64,000 nucleotides of DNA from Octopus vulgaris. Its lineage: Eukaryota. The position numbers and the translations under genes are program-made. The notes beneath the pieces are model-generated. The model had not been told where the DNA came from and ran no database searches. It worked only from the letters and a program-made list of their open reading frames with translations. Location: contig OX597826.1 in NCBI GenBank assembly GCA_951406725.2, forward strand, positions 31,310,001 to 31,374,000, read 5' to 3'. This document shows, piece by piece, positions 48,182-61,480 of the stretch (positions within the stretch are counted from its first letter, which is position 1; the number at the start of each line of letters is the position of its first letter).

Positions 48182-48585
48182 CTTTAGGAAAAATAACAAA
48201 AGTAAATTGAATTAATTTTCTTTAAAATCTTTGGTTCTAAGCTTACAAGGAAACAATGTAAAGGAACTGACCAAGTTTGAGAATAACGTATTGGAACACA
48301 AGTAGTAGTGAGTATAAGGACTAGCTGAGAGGGGCTCAATAGAGGATGAGTGGAGACAAGTTTAAGGATTGAGCATAGCTCAATGGAAGATTGGTGGAAA
48401 TAAACACAAGAACAGCCAACTATGATTCCATATCTGTAATTTATGGAACTAGATAAACTGGATTGGCAGACATTTTTTATGCATTAAGACACACAAACTG
48501 TTAATCTAGACATTGCTTCACCTGCTCATCCCCATTTTGCTTGAAAATTTTAGAAAATAAATCAATAAAATGATGAAATACAAAC

Positions 48586-48985
48586 CTTGGTGGTGACTGG
48601 AGGACAAACACTTCATCATTTTCCTTTTCAACGTTTTCAACTGATGCAGATGACAATACTGTCTGACAGTTGTCTGGAGTGTTCACTGTTTCACCGAGTA
48701 GACGTGAGCGCCGGTTTGTCGATGCTCTCTTTCTCACAGGAGTTATATCTTGAAGGAGAGGGCTGGGTACAGTTGGAACATAGCTACGTCTTGAAACCAA
48801 AGGTGTTACCTTTGCTGAGTCAAAAGAATTCTGCACAGTTTCTTTATCCTTTGGCTCTATCTCAACTGTTTGAAATGTTTTATCATCTGAGTCGTCTTTC
48901 TCATGAATATCAGCCTGGATGTCTGCTGACCGTTCCTGGGTTGTCTCTGTGAAAACTGGCATGACAACTGGACTCCGGGGAGAAT
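48586..48985 (-). CDS. DLGAP5: DLGAP5 exon (S/TP-rich, contains KEN)
   Basis: tttcag| acceptor, AG|GTTTGT donor. Confidence 0.85.
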
Positions 48986-49472
48986 CTGAAAATAAAAAAA
49001 TTCAAAGAATTTATTTAATCCAAAAGTTAAAAACTTAAAGAATTTAAACAGACTAAGATTTTTTTTTTAACCCCAACATGGTTAAGAATTTCAAAGTGCA
49101 AATATGGGGTGCAAGGATCAATTCCACAGCACAGCACTTTGGATGACTTTTACTACATCCCCAAAGCCAACCAATGCTTGTGAAGGAATATGGTAAAGTA
49201 GATATGATGATGATGATGATGATGGAAACTGCAAAAATCCCATCGTCATTATTTTAACATCCACTTTTCCATGTTTGCATGAGTCAGATGGAGGTTATTG
49301 GGGCAGATTTTCTATGGCTGGATGCCTTTCCTGTCATTAACCCCGACATTTCCAAGTATCACTTAACGTAATAATGTTAATCATCTTCCATAATGATGAT
49401 ATTGAAATAAAGTGAGTGAAAATATTTCAGTTTTACAATAGAAAATGCAGGCTTGAAGAAAGGAAATCTTAC

Positions 49473-49668
49473 CCAAACAATGCGGCTTTGGTGATCGAAC
49501 TGGACTCTCCACTTTGAAGAAATGGCCATCAAATACTTTAACTGATTCTTCCTTCTCTGCTTCATCAGCATCACCCCCAGTTGAATTATTTGCAATTTTC
49601 TTCTTCTGTGCCATAAATTGGGCAAACTTTGATTTTCCTTTCGCTTTCGAAATCTTGGAAGTAACAGG
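49473..49668 (-). CDS. DLGAP5: DLGAP5 exon (...VFDGHFFKVESPVRSP)
   Basis: tctcag| acceptor, G|GTAAGA donor; conserved FDxGFFxVESP-like motif. Confidence 0.9.
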
Positions 49669-51146
49669 CTGAGAAAAAAACGAAAACAGGAGATAATAAT
49701 AATTTTATCAACAATGTCGTTTAACCATCAATTAAAACCTGTTTCAGTCATTGGAATTTTTAGTTGAATAAACCGACCCCTGCACTTATTCTATCAGTCT
49801 CTTTTGCCGAACCACTATGTCATGGGGACATACACACCAACACCAGTTGTCAAGTGGTGATGGGGAATAAACACAGATATATATACATGTATATATACAA
49901 CGGGCATATTTCAGTTTCCATTTACCAAATCCACTCACAACGCTTTGGTTGGCTTGAACCTAGAACCATGTGGTTGGGATTTAAGCTTCTTACCACACAG
50001 CCACTCCTGTGCTTATTACTTATATATATATATATATAACATGACTGTGTGGTTAAGAGGTTTTCTTACAACCTCATGGTTAGGGGTTCAATCCCACAGC
50101 ATGATATCTTGGACAACTATTTTCTATCATAATCTCAGGACAACAAAGGTCTTGTAAGCAAAATTTGGTGGACAGAAGCTGTGAAGAAAGCCCAGTAGAT
50201 AGGCTATGGCTAGAAGCAGCTGTGGCCAAACAGATAGAATAGTGGAAATTCCATCAAGCATTTTCATGTCTTGACCACCAGAATTTAATTGGTTCCATTC
50301 CACTGTACTTCTGAGATTCATATCAAAAGAAACTACAGTTTGAAAAAAAACCCAAAAAAACCCCACCCTACTCCAGTCATCATTATTTAATGTCCATTTC
50401 CATGCTGGGGTGGGGTTGAATGGTTCAACAGGAGTTCATGGGCCAGAGGACTGCACCAAGCTCCAATGTCTGCTTTGTCATGGTTTCCTAATGCACAATC
50501 CTTGGTGTATTGAGTGCTTTTTTACATGGCACCAGCATTAGTGAGGTCACCAAATAACTTGTAAGACAAGGCACACAACCTGGGAGATATAAGTATTGAG
50601 GGAGGTGACTTTGTGCCAGTGATGAGAGGTTAGAGTTTGATAGAAGGACAGGAACAGGTGTCTTGTTATAGGGGGAGAGACAATGGCTACTCCAGCTGGA
50701 AAAAACAGAAGGTGCTGATGAAAATATATCAAGGAATATCTTTAAGTTACAGGAAGGTGAATGAAAGAGAATGGTACAGAGGATTGGACTGGGTGAACAG
50801 ATCCACTAATTCATAAAAAAAGATAGAGAAGCACAACAGGTGTGAAGTGGAATAAACAAGATTTCTGACCAATGGCCAAGCAATCATGATTTGAATTCAG
50901 AATGCAGAAGTGTTCTATCTCATATTATACTTGACTGATTCTGATGTCCACATTTTTGAGAAGTCTCTATGTTATCCTTTGACTCAATAGAAAACAAAAT
51001 CTTTTTCAAATCAAGCCCTTAAAAAGGAAAAGGGCACATTAGATAATGAATCCATAAAAAGACGGGATGGTCAAGGATGGAATACTTTTGATAACAAGTC
51101 AGCTTGATGAGGGTCAACTTGGGGACTAAACAACATTGCCTCTTAC

Positions 51147-51257
51147 CTTTGCTTTCTTGATTTTCTTGACAGGTTTGGTCAATGGAACATCTTCTGCCTG
51201 CCAATTGTTGTCTTTCAATTTCTGTAAATCAGCAAACTTTTTCTTCACATCTTCCAC
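51147..51257 (-). CDS. DLGAP5: DLGAP5 exon, GKAP domain end (VEDVKKKFADLQKLKDNNWQ)
   Basis: ctaag| acceptor, AAG|GTAAGA donor. Confidence 0.92.
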
Positions 51258-51353
51258 CTTAGCAAAAGAAAAACATATTTTTAGCTATAGTCCTTAAAGA
51301 AAATACAAGAAAGCTACTTATAAACTTGATAAAGAAACGTGTTTGTTTTTTAA

Positions 51354-51572
51354 CCCTTTAGTGTTCAGATTATTCTATCAAACATAATGCTTATTGATTC
51401 CCATTGATTTGAATTAATCCTGCATTATCTCATATCTTCAAGATCTTGATGGTGTAATTACTTCATGTAGAATAACATTGTAGGGTAGGTGTGAGGGCCT
51501 GGATCTGGTCAGTTTGAACATAAAACCGATTAAATATTTTGGCCGGATATGGCTGGTTTAAATACTAAAGGG
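51354..51572. mobile_element. TTAA-flanked piggyBac-like MITE
   Basis: TTAA|CCCTTTAGT...ACTAAAGGG|TTAA; related copies near 12693-13057, 17420-17630, 34640-34830 and 60140-60360. Confidence 0.7.
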
Positions 51573-52199
51573 TTAATGTAATTTAATGCAGATCAAGACA
51601 AATTCAAACATGGAGAAGTGCCAATTTTACACAAATCACAATCTATTATTATAAAACCAAAAAAAAATACAAATAATTCTCCTCTCTTTTCCTTTTGGGG
51701 TAGCCAAGTATATCTTCTATAGTAAGACATCATCATCATTATTGTTTAAAGTCTGCTTTCCATGCTGGCATGGGTTGGATGGTTTGACTGAGGACTGGTT
51801 AGCCAGAAGGCTACACCAGGCTCCAATCTGATCTGGCAAAATTTCTATAGCTGGATGCCCTTCCTGACGCCAACCACTCTGAGAGTGTAGTGGGTGCTTT
51901 TTACGTGTCACTGGCATGAGGGCCAGTCAAGTGGTACTGGCATCGACCACATTCGAATGGTGCTTTTTACCTACATCTATTCCCTCTGTTATACTTTAAC
52001 TACACACCTGGTACAAAGCCACTTCCTTTGGTTCCACATTAGAAGCACCTGGTACTTCATGTAAAGTGGTTGGCATTAGGAAGGGCATCCAGCCATAGAA
52101 ACTGCCAAAATCAGACAATTGGAGCCTGATGCCGTTCTTCAGCTTGATAGTTCCTGTCAAACAGTCCAATCCAAGCCAGCATGGAAGGCAGATGTTAAA

Positions 52200-52235
<36 letters not shown>

Positions 52236-52502
52236 GTTTCAAATTCTGGGAAAAGGTAAGCTGATTGCATCAACCCCAGTATTTAACTGGTACTTGCTTT
52301 ATCAACCCTGAAAGGATGAAAGGCAAAACTGACTTTGGTAGAATTTGAACTTAGAACGTAAAGACAGATAAATGCTGCTAAACATTTTGTTTGTCAAGCT
52401 AAAGATTCTGCCAGTTCGCCTCTCTATGTAATAATAACCAATATATACATCTGTTGGTTGGTTGGTTGGTTGGTTGATATCTCCAGAAATGCTTTACATC
52501 AT

Positions 52503-52770
<268 letters not shown>

Positions 52771-53102
52771 TGTGTTAGCATAAGAGATGCAGGATGAGCA
52801 TCAGAGCATCATAACTTTCTGAAGCATACAAATAACTCAATTTTACAAATTAGTTGCCTTTGATAATATGCACACACACGCAAACCTTCATCCAACATTG
52901 TAATTACTCCTGAAGGTTTTAACAAATATTAACCAGTTTTGGGGGCCACCATCTGCTACCACCCCACCAGTCTGCTGAAATACTTACAGGGTTCAATAAA
53001 AGGTCAGTCATGTGACTATAGTAGAAGAGAGAAGAACCAATGGAGAGAATTTTTCATTAGTGAAAACCACACTATGGCAATAAAAGAAAAAAAATGTCTT
53101 AC

Positions 53103-53263
53103 CTGGAAATCCACCATGTCCCAAAACCCTTGCAAATCTTCACATGTGGTTGTCTTCTCGCCAGTGTTAAATTCACAGTTGTCAACCAAACCAATGAATT
53201 GATGGAAACGTTGTGAAATGAGCAGCTTAGCTTGACCAATAACTGTGCGGACGTCACCCTCAA
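53103..53263 (-). CDS. DLGAP5: DLGAP5 exon, GKAP domain core
   Basis: VEGDVRTVIGQAKLLISQRFHQF...DLQGFWDMVDFQ; canonical splice sites. Confidence 0.94.
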
Positions 53264-53431
53264 CTGAAATCATAGAAAAGCCATCAATGACAGTGGCAAG
53301 ACACACTCTCACAAAAAAACACAAGCAACAGGTAAAACCTGAAGCAATAATCACAAAGGAGAACCCCTACATGATTGCTCAACCAATTAAAACTAACAGC
53401 GAGAAATATCTCCCTTGAATCATACCTTACA

Positions 53432-54188
53432 CACCGTTTCTCAACCAGGGTTCCCCGGAACCCTAGAGTTCCACGAGAAAGAGTGAGATAAGCTAATGCT
53501 AATTTCATGATTGTAATATTACAATTCATGCACAACATATCGGTTATTGTAATACAGGTGGAGGCGCAATGGCCCAGTGGTTAGGGCAGCGGAATCGCGG
53601 TTTCGATTCCCTGACCGGGTGTTGTGAGTGTTTATTGAGCGTAAACACCTAAAGCTCCACGAGGCTCTGGCAGGGGATGGTGGTGATCCCTGCTGTACTC
53701 TTTCACCACAACTTTCTCTCACTCTTACTTCCTGTTTCTGTTGTACCTGTATTTCACTCTGTGTCACGCTGAATCTCCCTGAGAACTACGTTAAGGGTAC
53801 ACGTGTCTGTGGAGTGCTCAGCCACTTACACGTTGATTTCACGAGCAGGCTGTTCCATTGATTCGGATCAACTGGAACCCTCATCGTCGTAACCGACGGA
53901 GTGCTTCCTTCCTTCATTGTAATACAGACATTATCCTATCTAACCTATTATGTTATCAAAGAAATATAATAACAATATATATATATATATATGAACCGTC
54001 CAACCCATGCTAGCATGGAGAACGGACGTTAAACGACGATGATGATGATGATGATGATATTTACCATGTGAACTACGATGAAAAAATATGAGAAAGTTAT
54101 AGTATATAATTATTTTTGTGCAGGGGTTCCTTGAGGCATGTAATTTATTTTAAGGGTTACGCAAGGGTAAAAACATTGAGAAACACTG
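53432..54188. mobile_element. hAT-like MITE hosting nested insertions
   Basis: TIRs CACCGTTTCTCAA / TTGAGAAACACTG; both flanks carry CCTTACA. Confidence 0.65.
53558..53915 (+). mobile_element. tRNA-derived SINE family C with 12-bp TSD
   Basis: Head GGCGCAATGGCCCAGTGGTTAGGGC...GGTTTCGATTCC; TSD ATTGTAATACAG at 53546-53557 and 53916-53927. Confidence 0.85.
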
Positions 54189-54711
54189 CCTTACAGTCTT
54201 AAAGAAAGGATGATGGCTACATCAGCTAACATTTACTTCAATATTATGTTATAATTTAAAGATGGTGAGCTGGTACAGTTGTTAGTAAACTGGACAAAAA
54301 TGATTAGCAACATTTTGTCCAGCACTATGTTCTGAGTTCAAATTTTGCCACGGTTGACTATGCCTTTCGTCCTTTTGGAGTTGATGAAATAAGTAACAGC
54401 TGAGTAATTGACTTAGTCCCTCCCTTATAAAATTTCTGGCCTTGTATCTATAGCAGAAAGGATTTTTATGTTATAACTGCAAAATAAATAAAATCCCATG
54501 AAGTAATAATCAGGGAAAACCACCACTAGGCAATCATAATCTGGATAGTTTATTTTTTGATTTGTTTCAACTGAAGCTTCCACAACACTCGGCTATCTTC
54601 AAGAAAAAGTGTCAGTGACAGCACAGACAGATGAATGCACACATTCAATGTACAAATGGGAGAAAAGGCTCAATAAATATAGAAGAGCTTATAAATTTGC
54701 TTTGTATGCTG

Positions 54712-54758
<47 letters not shown>

Positions 54759-55050
54759 ACTTTTAGAACTCAACAGAGCAAAACAGGTCTGCAGCAAGTT
54801 TAATATGACACTGTGCCCCTCCACACACACAAATAAAAAAACCTCTTCTATATCAAAACAAGTCTAATGAAGTTTTATAAAACATGGAGTCATTTAACCT
54901 ATTGTTACTTTAACATTTCATACTATATAAACTGTGACAAGCTCTTAATCAAGGAGTCCAAAAGACAGCGCTAACTGTAGCAATGGAATTCTGATAAATG
55001 TGAAAAGAAAAATAATCTAATAACAGAAAGATTTCAATCTATTTTCTTAC

Positions 55051-56076
55051 CTTCTTCACTGAGGGTCGGTACAACTACCTCCCAAACATCAGACAGGTTG
55101 TTTAGTATTTCAGTCTGCGATACCACAAGGTTCCTGAAATAAGGCACATTGTGTTCTACGTTTTCTGTGTCAGATTTTTCTGTCTCTGAATTTGGTTGGG
55201 AAGAGTCATCAGATGACGATTCCTGTAAGACTTGCCCTGCTGATTCTTGGCTAACAGCCTCCACAGTCTCCTCAAGTGTGGTCGCTGGGGCTTCTTGGGT
55301 GGCTATTCCAGATGCATCCTGGGTAGCTATCTCTGCTACTTCCTGTGGGACATCAATTACTTCCCCCTGGGCAACAGTCTCCTTCATCTCTTGTGGTTCC
55401 ATCACTGGTGTTTCTAGGGTGAGAGTCTCTGCTGCATCTTGTGGGACAACTACTGCTGGTGTTTCCTGAGTATCTGCCTCTGTTGGTGCCACCTGAGTTA
55501 CTGTCTCTGCTGGTGCCACCTGAGTAACTGTCTCTGCTGGTGCCACCTGAGTAACTGTCTCTGCTGGTGCCACCTGAGTAACTGCCTCTGCTGGTGCCAC
55601 CTGAGTAACTGCCTCTGCTGGTGTTTCCTGAGTAACTGCCTCTACTGATGCCACCTGAGTAACTGTCTCTGCTGGTGCCACCTGAGTAACTGCCTCTGCT
55701 GGTGTTTCCTGAGTATCTGCCTCTGCTGGTGCCACCTGAGTAACTGTCTCTACTGGTTCCACCTGAGTAACTGTCTCTACTGGTGCCACCTGAGTAACTG
55801 TCTCTGCTGGTGCCACCTGAGTAACTGTCTCTGCTGGTGTTTCCTGAGTAACTGTCTCTGCTGGTGCCACCTGAGTAACTGTCTCTGCTGGTGTTTCCTG
55901 AGTATGTGCCTCTGCTGGTGCCACCTGAGTAACTACCTCTGCTATCTGCTCTGTGACAGCTGCTGCTGCCTCTTGGGTAACTGACCCTTCTATCTCTTGG
56001 GTCCCTGATGTCACTTCTCCTTGAGATTCCATCACTGGTGCCTCTTGGTCAACCGTCTCTACTGCCCTTTGACCAT
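55051..56076 (-). CDS. DLGAP5: DLGAP5 large exon: acidic 9-aa repeat array plus start of GKAP domain
   Basis: aaacag| acceptor, AAG|GTAAGA donor; 1026 nt open, ending NVPYFRNLVVSQTEILNNLSDVW. Confidence 0.88.
55457..55942 (-). repeat. Coding minisatellite, 27-bp unit x18 (AETVTQVAP-type)
   Basis: Plus-strand unit tggtgccacctgagtaactgtctctgc repeated; read directly from the sequence and the ORF. Confidence 0.95.
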
Positions 56077-56225
56077 CTGTTTAAAAAAATAAAAAACAAT
56101 GATTTCAATTCCCTGTTAATAGCATTTTTCAATAGGAGCAGCAAAACTTAGTAAAATAACTTTGTCGTCATTAAGCTGATGTTAGAACATAATATGAAAT
56201 TTTGACAAATGGTTCTAATTTAGAT

Positions 56226-56772
56226 CAGTGCTCTGCAATCTTTTTTTCACTTGCAGTACACTTATATTCTTTCCAAAATTCGGCGCCATACCTCAACTAA
56301 AAATATAACGAAAAGTATTCTTTTACTCGTTTCAGTCATTTCACTGCAGCCATACAGGAGAACCATCTTCAGTCGAACAAATCAACCCTAGGACTTATTC
56401 TTTGTAAGCCTTATTCTATTGGTCTCTCTTGCCGAGCTGCTAAGTTACAGGGACATATATACACCAGCATCAGCTGTCAAGCAATATTGGTGTTGGGGAG
56501 GGGGACAAACATAGACACACGCAAATATATACATATATATACGATGGGCTTCTTTCAGTTTCCATCTACCAAATCTACTCACAAAGGTTTGCCTGGCCTG
56601 AAGCTATAGTAGAAAGCACTTGCCTAAGGTGCCACACAGTGGGGACTGAACCTGGAACCATGTGGCAGGGAAGCAAGAATCTTACCACACAGCAACGCCT
56701 GTGCCTTTATATAGGGGTAAAAAAATTATATTCAGGTTACACTGTGGCACACCAACCAGTTGCAGAGCACTG
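56226..56772. mobile_element. hAT-like MITE containing a SINE A copy (about 56320-56705, minus strand)
   Basis: TIRs CAGTGCTCTGCAA / TTGCAGAGCACTG; TSD ATTTAGAT/GTTTAGAT. Confidence 0.75.
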
Positions 56773-57199
56773 GTTTAGATCACTTTAAAAAAGGAAAATT
56801 GTAATGCAGAATCAAGGATGGTTTGAAATGGGTTGGGATCAAGGTTAGATGACTTAGAATTCAATAATTTAAAGCTGACAATCATTTCTGCCATGCACAA
56901 ACCACACAGAAACCAAGACCCTACTGGAAACACTTATCATCGCAATATTTGAACCCAGAAAATAAGGAACACTATGTAGTAGGCACCATAAAAACACATA
57001 AATCCTTGCCTCTCATCTGCTACTTCATTGGCATATGATGGAACCTCTACATGGTTATGACTTGCTAGAAACAGTTATCAAATTTCCTTCATATTGTCTA
57101 AAATGACAGACAGGTCAAAGAAGGAAAAAGAATGTGGTCATTATGATTGGAAACTTTTAACCAAAGAATTTGCTTTGTTAGTGAAATCAAAATCAATTC

Positions 57200-57688
57200 G
57201 ATGACTGGCATTCGTGCTAGTGGGGTGCAAAGAGCACCATACGAGTGTGAACGTTGACAGAGCGGCTATTTGAGTATGATAATTACCAGCGTCGCCTCAC
57301 TGGCACTTATGCCTGTGCTAGTAGGGTGCCAATGGCACCATCCGAGCATGATCGTTGCCAGAGCAGCCAACTGGCTTCCGTACACGTGGCATGTAAAAGG
57401 GCACTATTTGAGTGTGATCTTTACCAACGTCGCTTCACTGGCACATGTAAAAAAATTCGAGCAAGGTCGTTGCCAGTGCCGCCTGACTGGCCCCCGTGCC
57501 AGTGGCACATAAAAAGCACCCACTACACTTTCGGAGTGGTTGGCGTTAGGAAGGGCATCCAGCAGTAGAAACTCTGCCAGATCAAGATTGGAGCCTGGTG
57601 CAGCCATCTGGCTCGCCAGTCCTCAGTCAAAATCGTCCAACCCATGCTAGCATGGAAAGATGACGTTAAACGATGATGATGATGATGA
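57200..57688 (+). mobile_element. RTE LINE 3' end fragment
   Basis: Same 3' sequence and (GAT)n tail as 13715..14282. Confidence 0.65.
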
Positions 57689-57980
57689 GTGTTTATACAG
57701 GAACAAAACAACAATTTCTGTATTGCGGGATAGTTTAATCTTTTCATTACCATAGTTCTGTTGAAATATGGCTATCTCTCCTTTAATTTTGGAAATAACG
57801 AAGTATTTAGAAAAATTACTGTCATAATTAAGCAGGTATTTGAAACATACATTAATGTAGAATTTTGATGGAGGATTTTAAGTTAGATTTCTTTAAAACA
57901 TAAAAGCTTGTATCACAGAACCAGGGGCAGTTTCAAGCTGGTAGGTATCAAAAAGTCACCTGGCCATTATCTGCACTCAC

Positions 57981-58049
57981 CTGAAGTTGTAGAACCTTCT
58001 TTCAAAGCAGCTCTCTTGGCATCATCATCTTCCAATGAAAGAGTAGGAA
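57981..58049 (-). CDS. DLGAP5: DLGAP5 exon (VPTLSLEDDDAKRAALKEGSTTS)
   Basis: ttttag| acceptor, CAG|GTGAGT donor; symmetric phase 1. Confidence 0.75.
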
Positions 58050-58599
58050 CTAAAAGAAATAAAGTAAAAAACCATGAGCCTGCGCAAAAATTTATTTAAA
58101 ACAATGCTGAATTTACTCCAAACATTCTTGCACAGACACATGGCGAATCTTGGTTGTTTGACAATGAGAATTCAGTTGTTTGATAAACTGAATTACCTGC
58201 CCCTGAATTGACATTTAAGTAGCTGACTATCTCACAAACTCTTGTACCTTTAACATGCTAGAAATGGCTATGAAATCTCCTCCAACCACATCCTGTTGTC
58301 GGGCAAAGGTAGAACACATTAGTTAGTGTAGACTGACACACAAGACAATGGGATGGTTATGGTTGGAGTGCCTTTGATTAAAGGTCTTTCAGAAATAATA
58401 GGTGGAGTGAAGACTAAATGGCCAGCAAGATAAGGCAATTAAGATTGCTTCTAGCTCACTTTGACCATTCACATTTTTCATTATCTTCTAGTCACCTGCA
58501 ACATCAACATGTAGATTATTTTCCTGGGAGTAGACAACAACATTGCAACATCGAAGGAAGTTTACAAAGTAAAGAAGAAATAGAAGTGAAATATTTTAC

Positions 58600-58673
58600 C
58601 TTTATCCAATTGATGTTTGGGTATTTTACGACGTGTCATCTCTATCATTGGTGAATTCTTCAAAAGCTCAACC
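58600..58673 (-). CDS. DLGAP5: DLGAP5 exon (WVELLKNSPMIEMTRRKIPKHQLDK)
   Basis: gccag| acceptor, G|GTAAAA donor; phases 2/1 fit. Confidence 0.78.
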
Positions 58674-59786
58674 CTGGCAAAACAAAAATTGAGAAACAGA
58701 TTTAAAAAAAAAAAATGTCAGAGAGGACAGGGAGGTTATTCAATTACATCAACAAGTACTTCACTGGTACTTTATTTTATCAACTCTGAAAGGGAGAAGG
58801 CAAAGTTAGCTACAGCAAGTTTTGAACTCAGAACCTAAGGAGCCAGAAGGCCAGAAGAAATGCTGCTGTGCATTTTGTCCAACACGCTAATGATTCTGCC
58901 AACTCATTGCCTTAATAATAATATTGATTTCTTTATTGCCCACAGGCGGCTAAACAAGGACAGACAAAGGGATTAAGTCGACTACATTGACCCCAGTGAG
59001 TAACTGATACTTATTTAATCTACTCCGAAAGGCAAAGTTGACATCAACGGAATTTGAACTCAGAACATAAAGGCAGGTGAAATACTGCTCAGCATTTCGC
59101 CCAGCATCAATCCTTTCTGGTGTTGATTTGATCAACTAAACTCTCCATGGCAAACCACTTGCCTTCTATAAAATGTATGAAAACTTATAAATCATTCCAA
59201 GAATGAGGATTCAGTAGAAATGACAGCACTTCAGATAAGATGCTTTGCAATATTTAGAAACACCCGTCTAACCCATGCCAGTATGGAAAGTGGACATTAA
59301 ATGATGATGATGATGATGATGATGAAGTACATGCTTAGGGTCTGAAAGGAAGTTAGGTACCATGGAAATGGTAAATGGTTTACAGCACAAAAGAAATCAC
59401 TTTTGAATTTGTCAAAATAGTTGGAAGTGGTTTATATGATCGGAGTATTCATAGTGAGGATCTGATCAAAGACTTGGAAATTAAAATAAACGAGGAGAAA
59501 TCGTTTCAAATATAAAGTGGAAGTGTACAAAAATAAACATTTTCCATTTTACTGTTGGTTTTGTTTCATTTCAAAAAATAAAAAAAATTATTTTATGGTT
59601 TATTATTGTTTTTATTTTGAATTACATATATATGGGGGCACGTGATTAGGGTTTCCATGAGTCTTAATCCGATCCTACCAGTATTTCAACTCAGAGCATA
59701 ACCAAACACCACCATGCTTAATACCTAACAATGCCAATTCTACCATCCATTCAACTTGTCTAAAGAATCAGTCATTTCTAACTTAC

Positions 59787-60116
59787 CATTCTTCGGGCGA
59801 CTGTGGTACTTTAACTGAATCCATCTTAGGACAAGAGGATGATTTCCTGGGTTTCTTTTTGCTGTTTGGTTTGGAGTCAGAAGAAGACTGTCGATTCCTT
59901 TTCGACTTTAAGCTAATGCTGCTAACTGGAGTCTTGAAGACTGCTACATCAGCACTATTTCTAACAGGAGTGAATGGCGATTCAGTAGAAGTGGTGGCTA
60001 CTAAACTTTTTTGGTCTTCTTTCTCAGGAGCTTCACTCTCTTCAACCATTCCAGACCTGTTTGGAGACGTCTCCTCATCTTTTGCCTCACCATTTTTAGT
60101 GGGTGAATCACTAACT
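59787..60116 (-). CDS. DLGAP5: DLGAP5 exon (VSDSPTKN...QSPEE)
   Basis: tttcag| acceptor, TG|GTAAGT donor. Confidence 0.85.
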
Positions 60117-60475
60117 CTGAAAAATAAAAGTCATTTCTTTAACCATTAGCATTTAAATCGGCCATATCCAGCCAAAGTTTTTTTTGTTTTATGTTCAAAC
60201 TGGCTAAATCAGGCTCCTCACACCTACCCTGCAATGTCATTCTAAAAATAAACAATAACAGCATTGAAATCTCAAAGCTATAACATAATGCAAGATTAAA
60301 TCAACACAATGTGAATAAATATGCATTAGATTTGACTGAGTAGTCTGAATTTTAAAGGATTAAATAAAACAGAATTTTTGAAAATACTTTCTTCACAAGA
60401 ATGTCTTTTATTTTAGCTATAGAATTGCCGACATATTTTAAATAATTCTGGCTTGCTAGCAGAATTATTAGCATA

Positions 60476-60836
60476 CTCTTTCACTTGTTTCAGTCATTTG
60501 ACTGCGGCCATGCTGGAGCACCGCCTTTAGTCGAGCAAATCAACCCCAGGACTTATTCTTGGTAAGCCTAATACTTATTCTATCAGTGTCTTTTGCCGAA
60601 CCACTAAGTTACGGGAACATAAACACACCAGCATCGGTTGTCAAGCAATGTTGGGGGACAAACACAGACACACAAACATATATATATATATATACATACG
60701 ATGGAGTTCTTTCAGTTTCTGTCTACCAAATCCACTCACAAGGCTTTGGTCAGCTCGAGGTGCCACGCAGTGGGACTGAACCCGGAACCATGTGGTTTGT
60801 AAGCAAGCAACTTACCACACAGCCACTTCTATGCCT
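60476..60836 (-). mobile_element. SINE family A copy
   Basis: Reverse complement of family A. Confidence 0.75.
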
Positions 60837-61480
60837 ATGTTGAAAAAAAGTGCTTTGCAGCATTTTTATTGACACACTGCATTGTAAGTTCAAATTCTGT
60901 TAAAGTTGATCTTACCTTTCATCCCTTCAAGGGCTGATGTGCATAACTGTGAATTAAGCATGTTGTCATTAACTGTGTCTGAACGTAACATGGTGATATT
61001 TTACTTTGTCCAGCAAACAAATGTTTTGCAGCTGAGCAGATGGTGAAACAAAAAACAAACCTTACATGGAAACCAAGTAAAGGTTAGCAACAGGAAAAGC
61101 ATTCAGCTGTCGAAAATCTGCCATGCTACAGTTTCATTTAACCATTGCCAGTATGGAAAAATGGTCAGAAAAACAATGACGATGGTTCATAAGTATATGC
61201 ATACATACATATGCTCATATGTACACTCGCAAAGCCTGGTGACTGGATATGGTAGGTGGAAACTGAAAATAGCCCAATATGTATCTGTGTGTGTGTATCC
61301 TTGTCTCCACATCATGTTTGTAAATGAACATCTACATCATACGAGCGATGTTGAGGCCATAGAAACTCTGCCCCAACAAAGTCTATCTGACCCATGCAAG
61401 CTCAGAAACATAGACATTAAATGATGATGATGATAGCTCATACAAACACTCTCTTTCTCTCTTTTCATTCTAATACATAC

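Noticed and set aside
53558-53625. tRNA gene
   Set aside because: This is a tRNA-like head with a deleted anticodon region, continuing into a SINE body with TSDs; other A/B-box hits in the window are also SINE heads.
55149-55648. Plus-strand ORFs, including the Cys/His-rich (CLCWCHLSN)n
   Set aside because: Antisense shadows of the DLGAP5 coding repeat; no splice or promoter support.
58496-58523. 28-nt candidate microexon (cag|...CAG|gtgact)
   Set aside because: It would introduce an immediate stop in the phase-1 context, and there is no other support.
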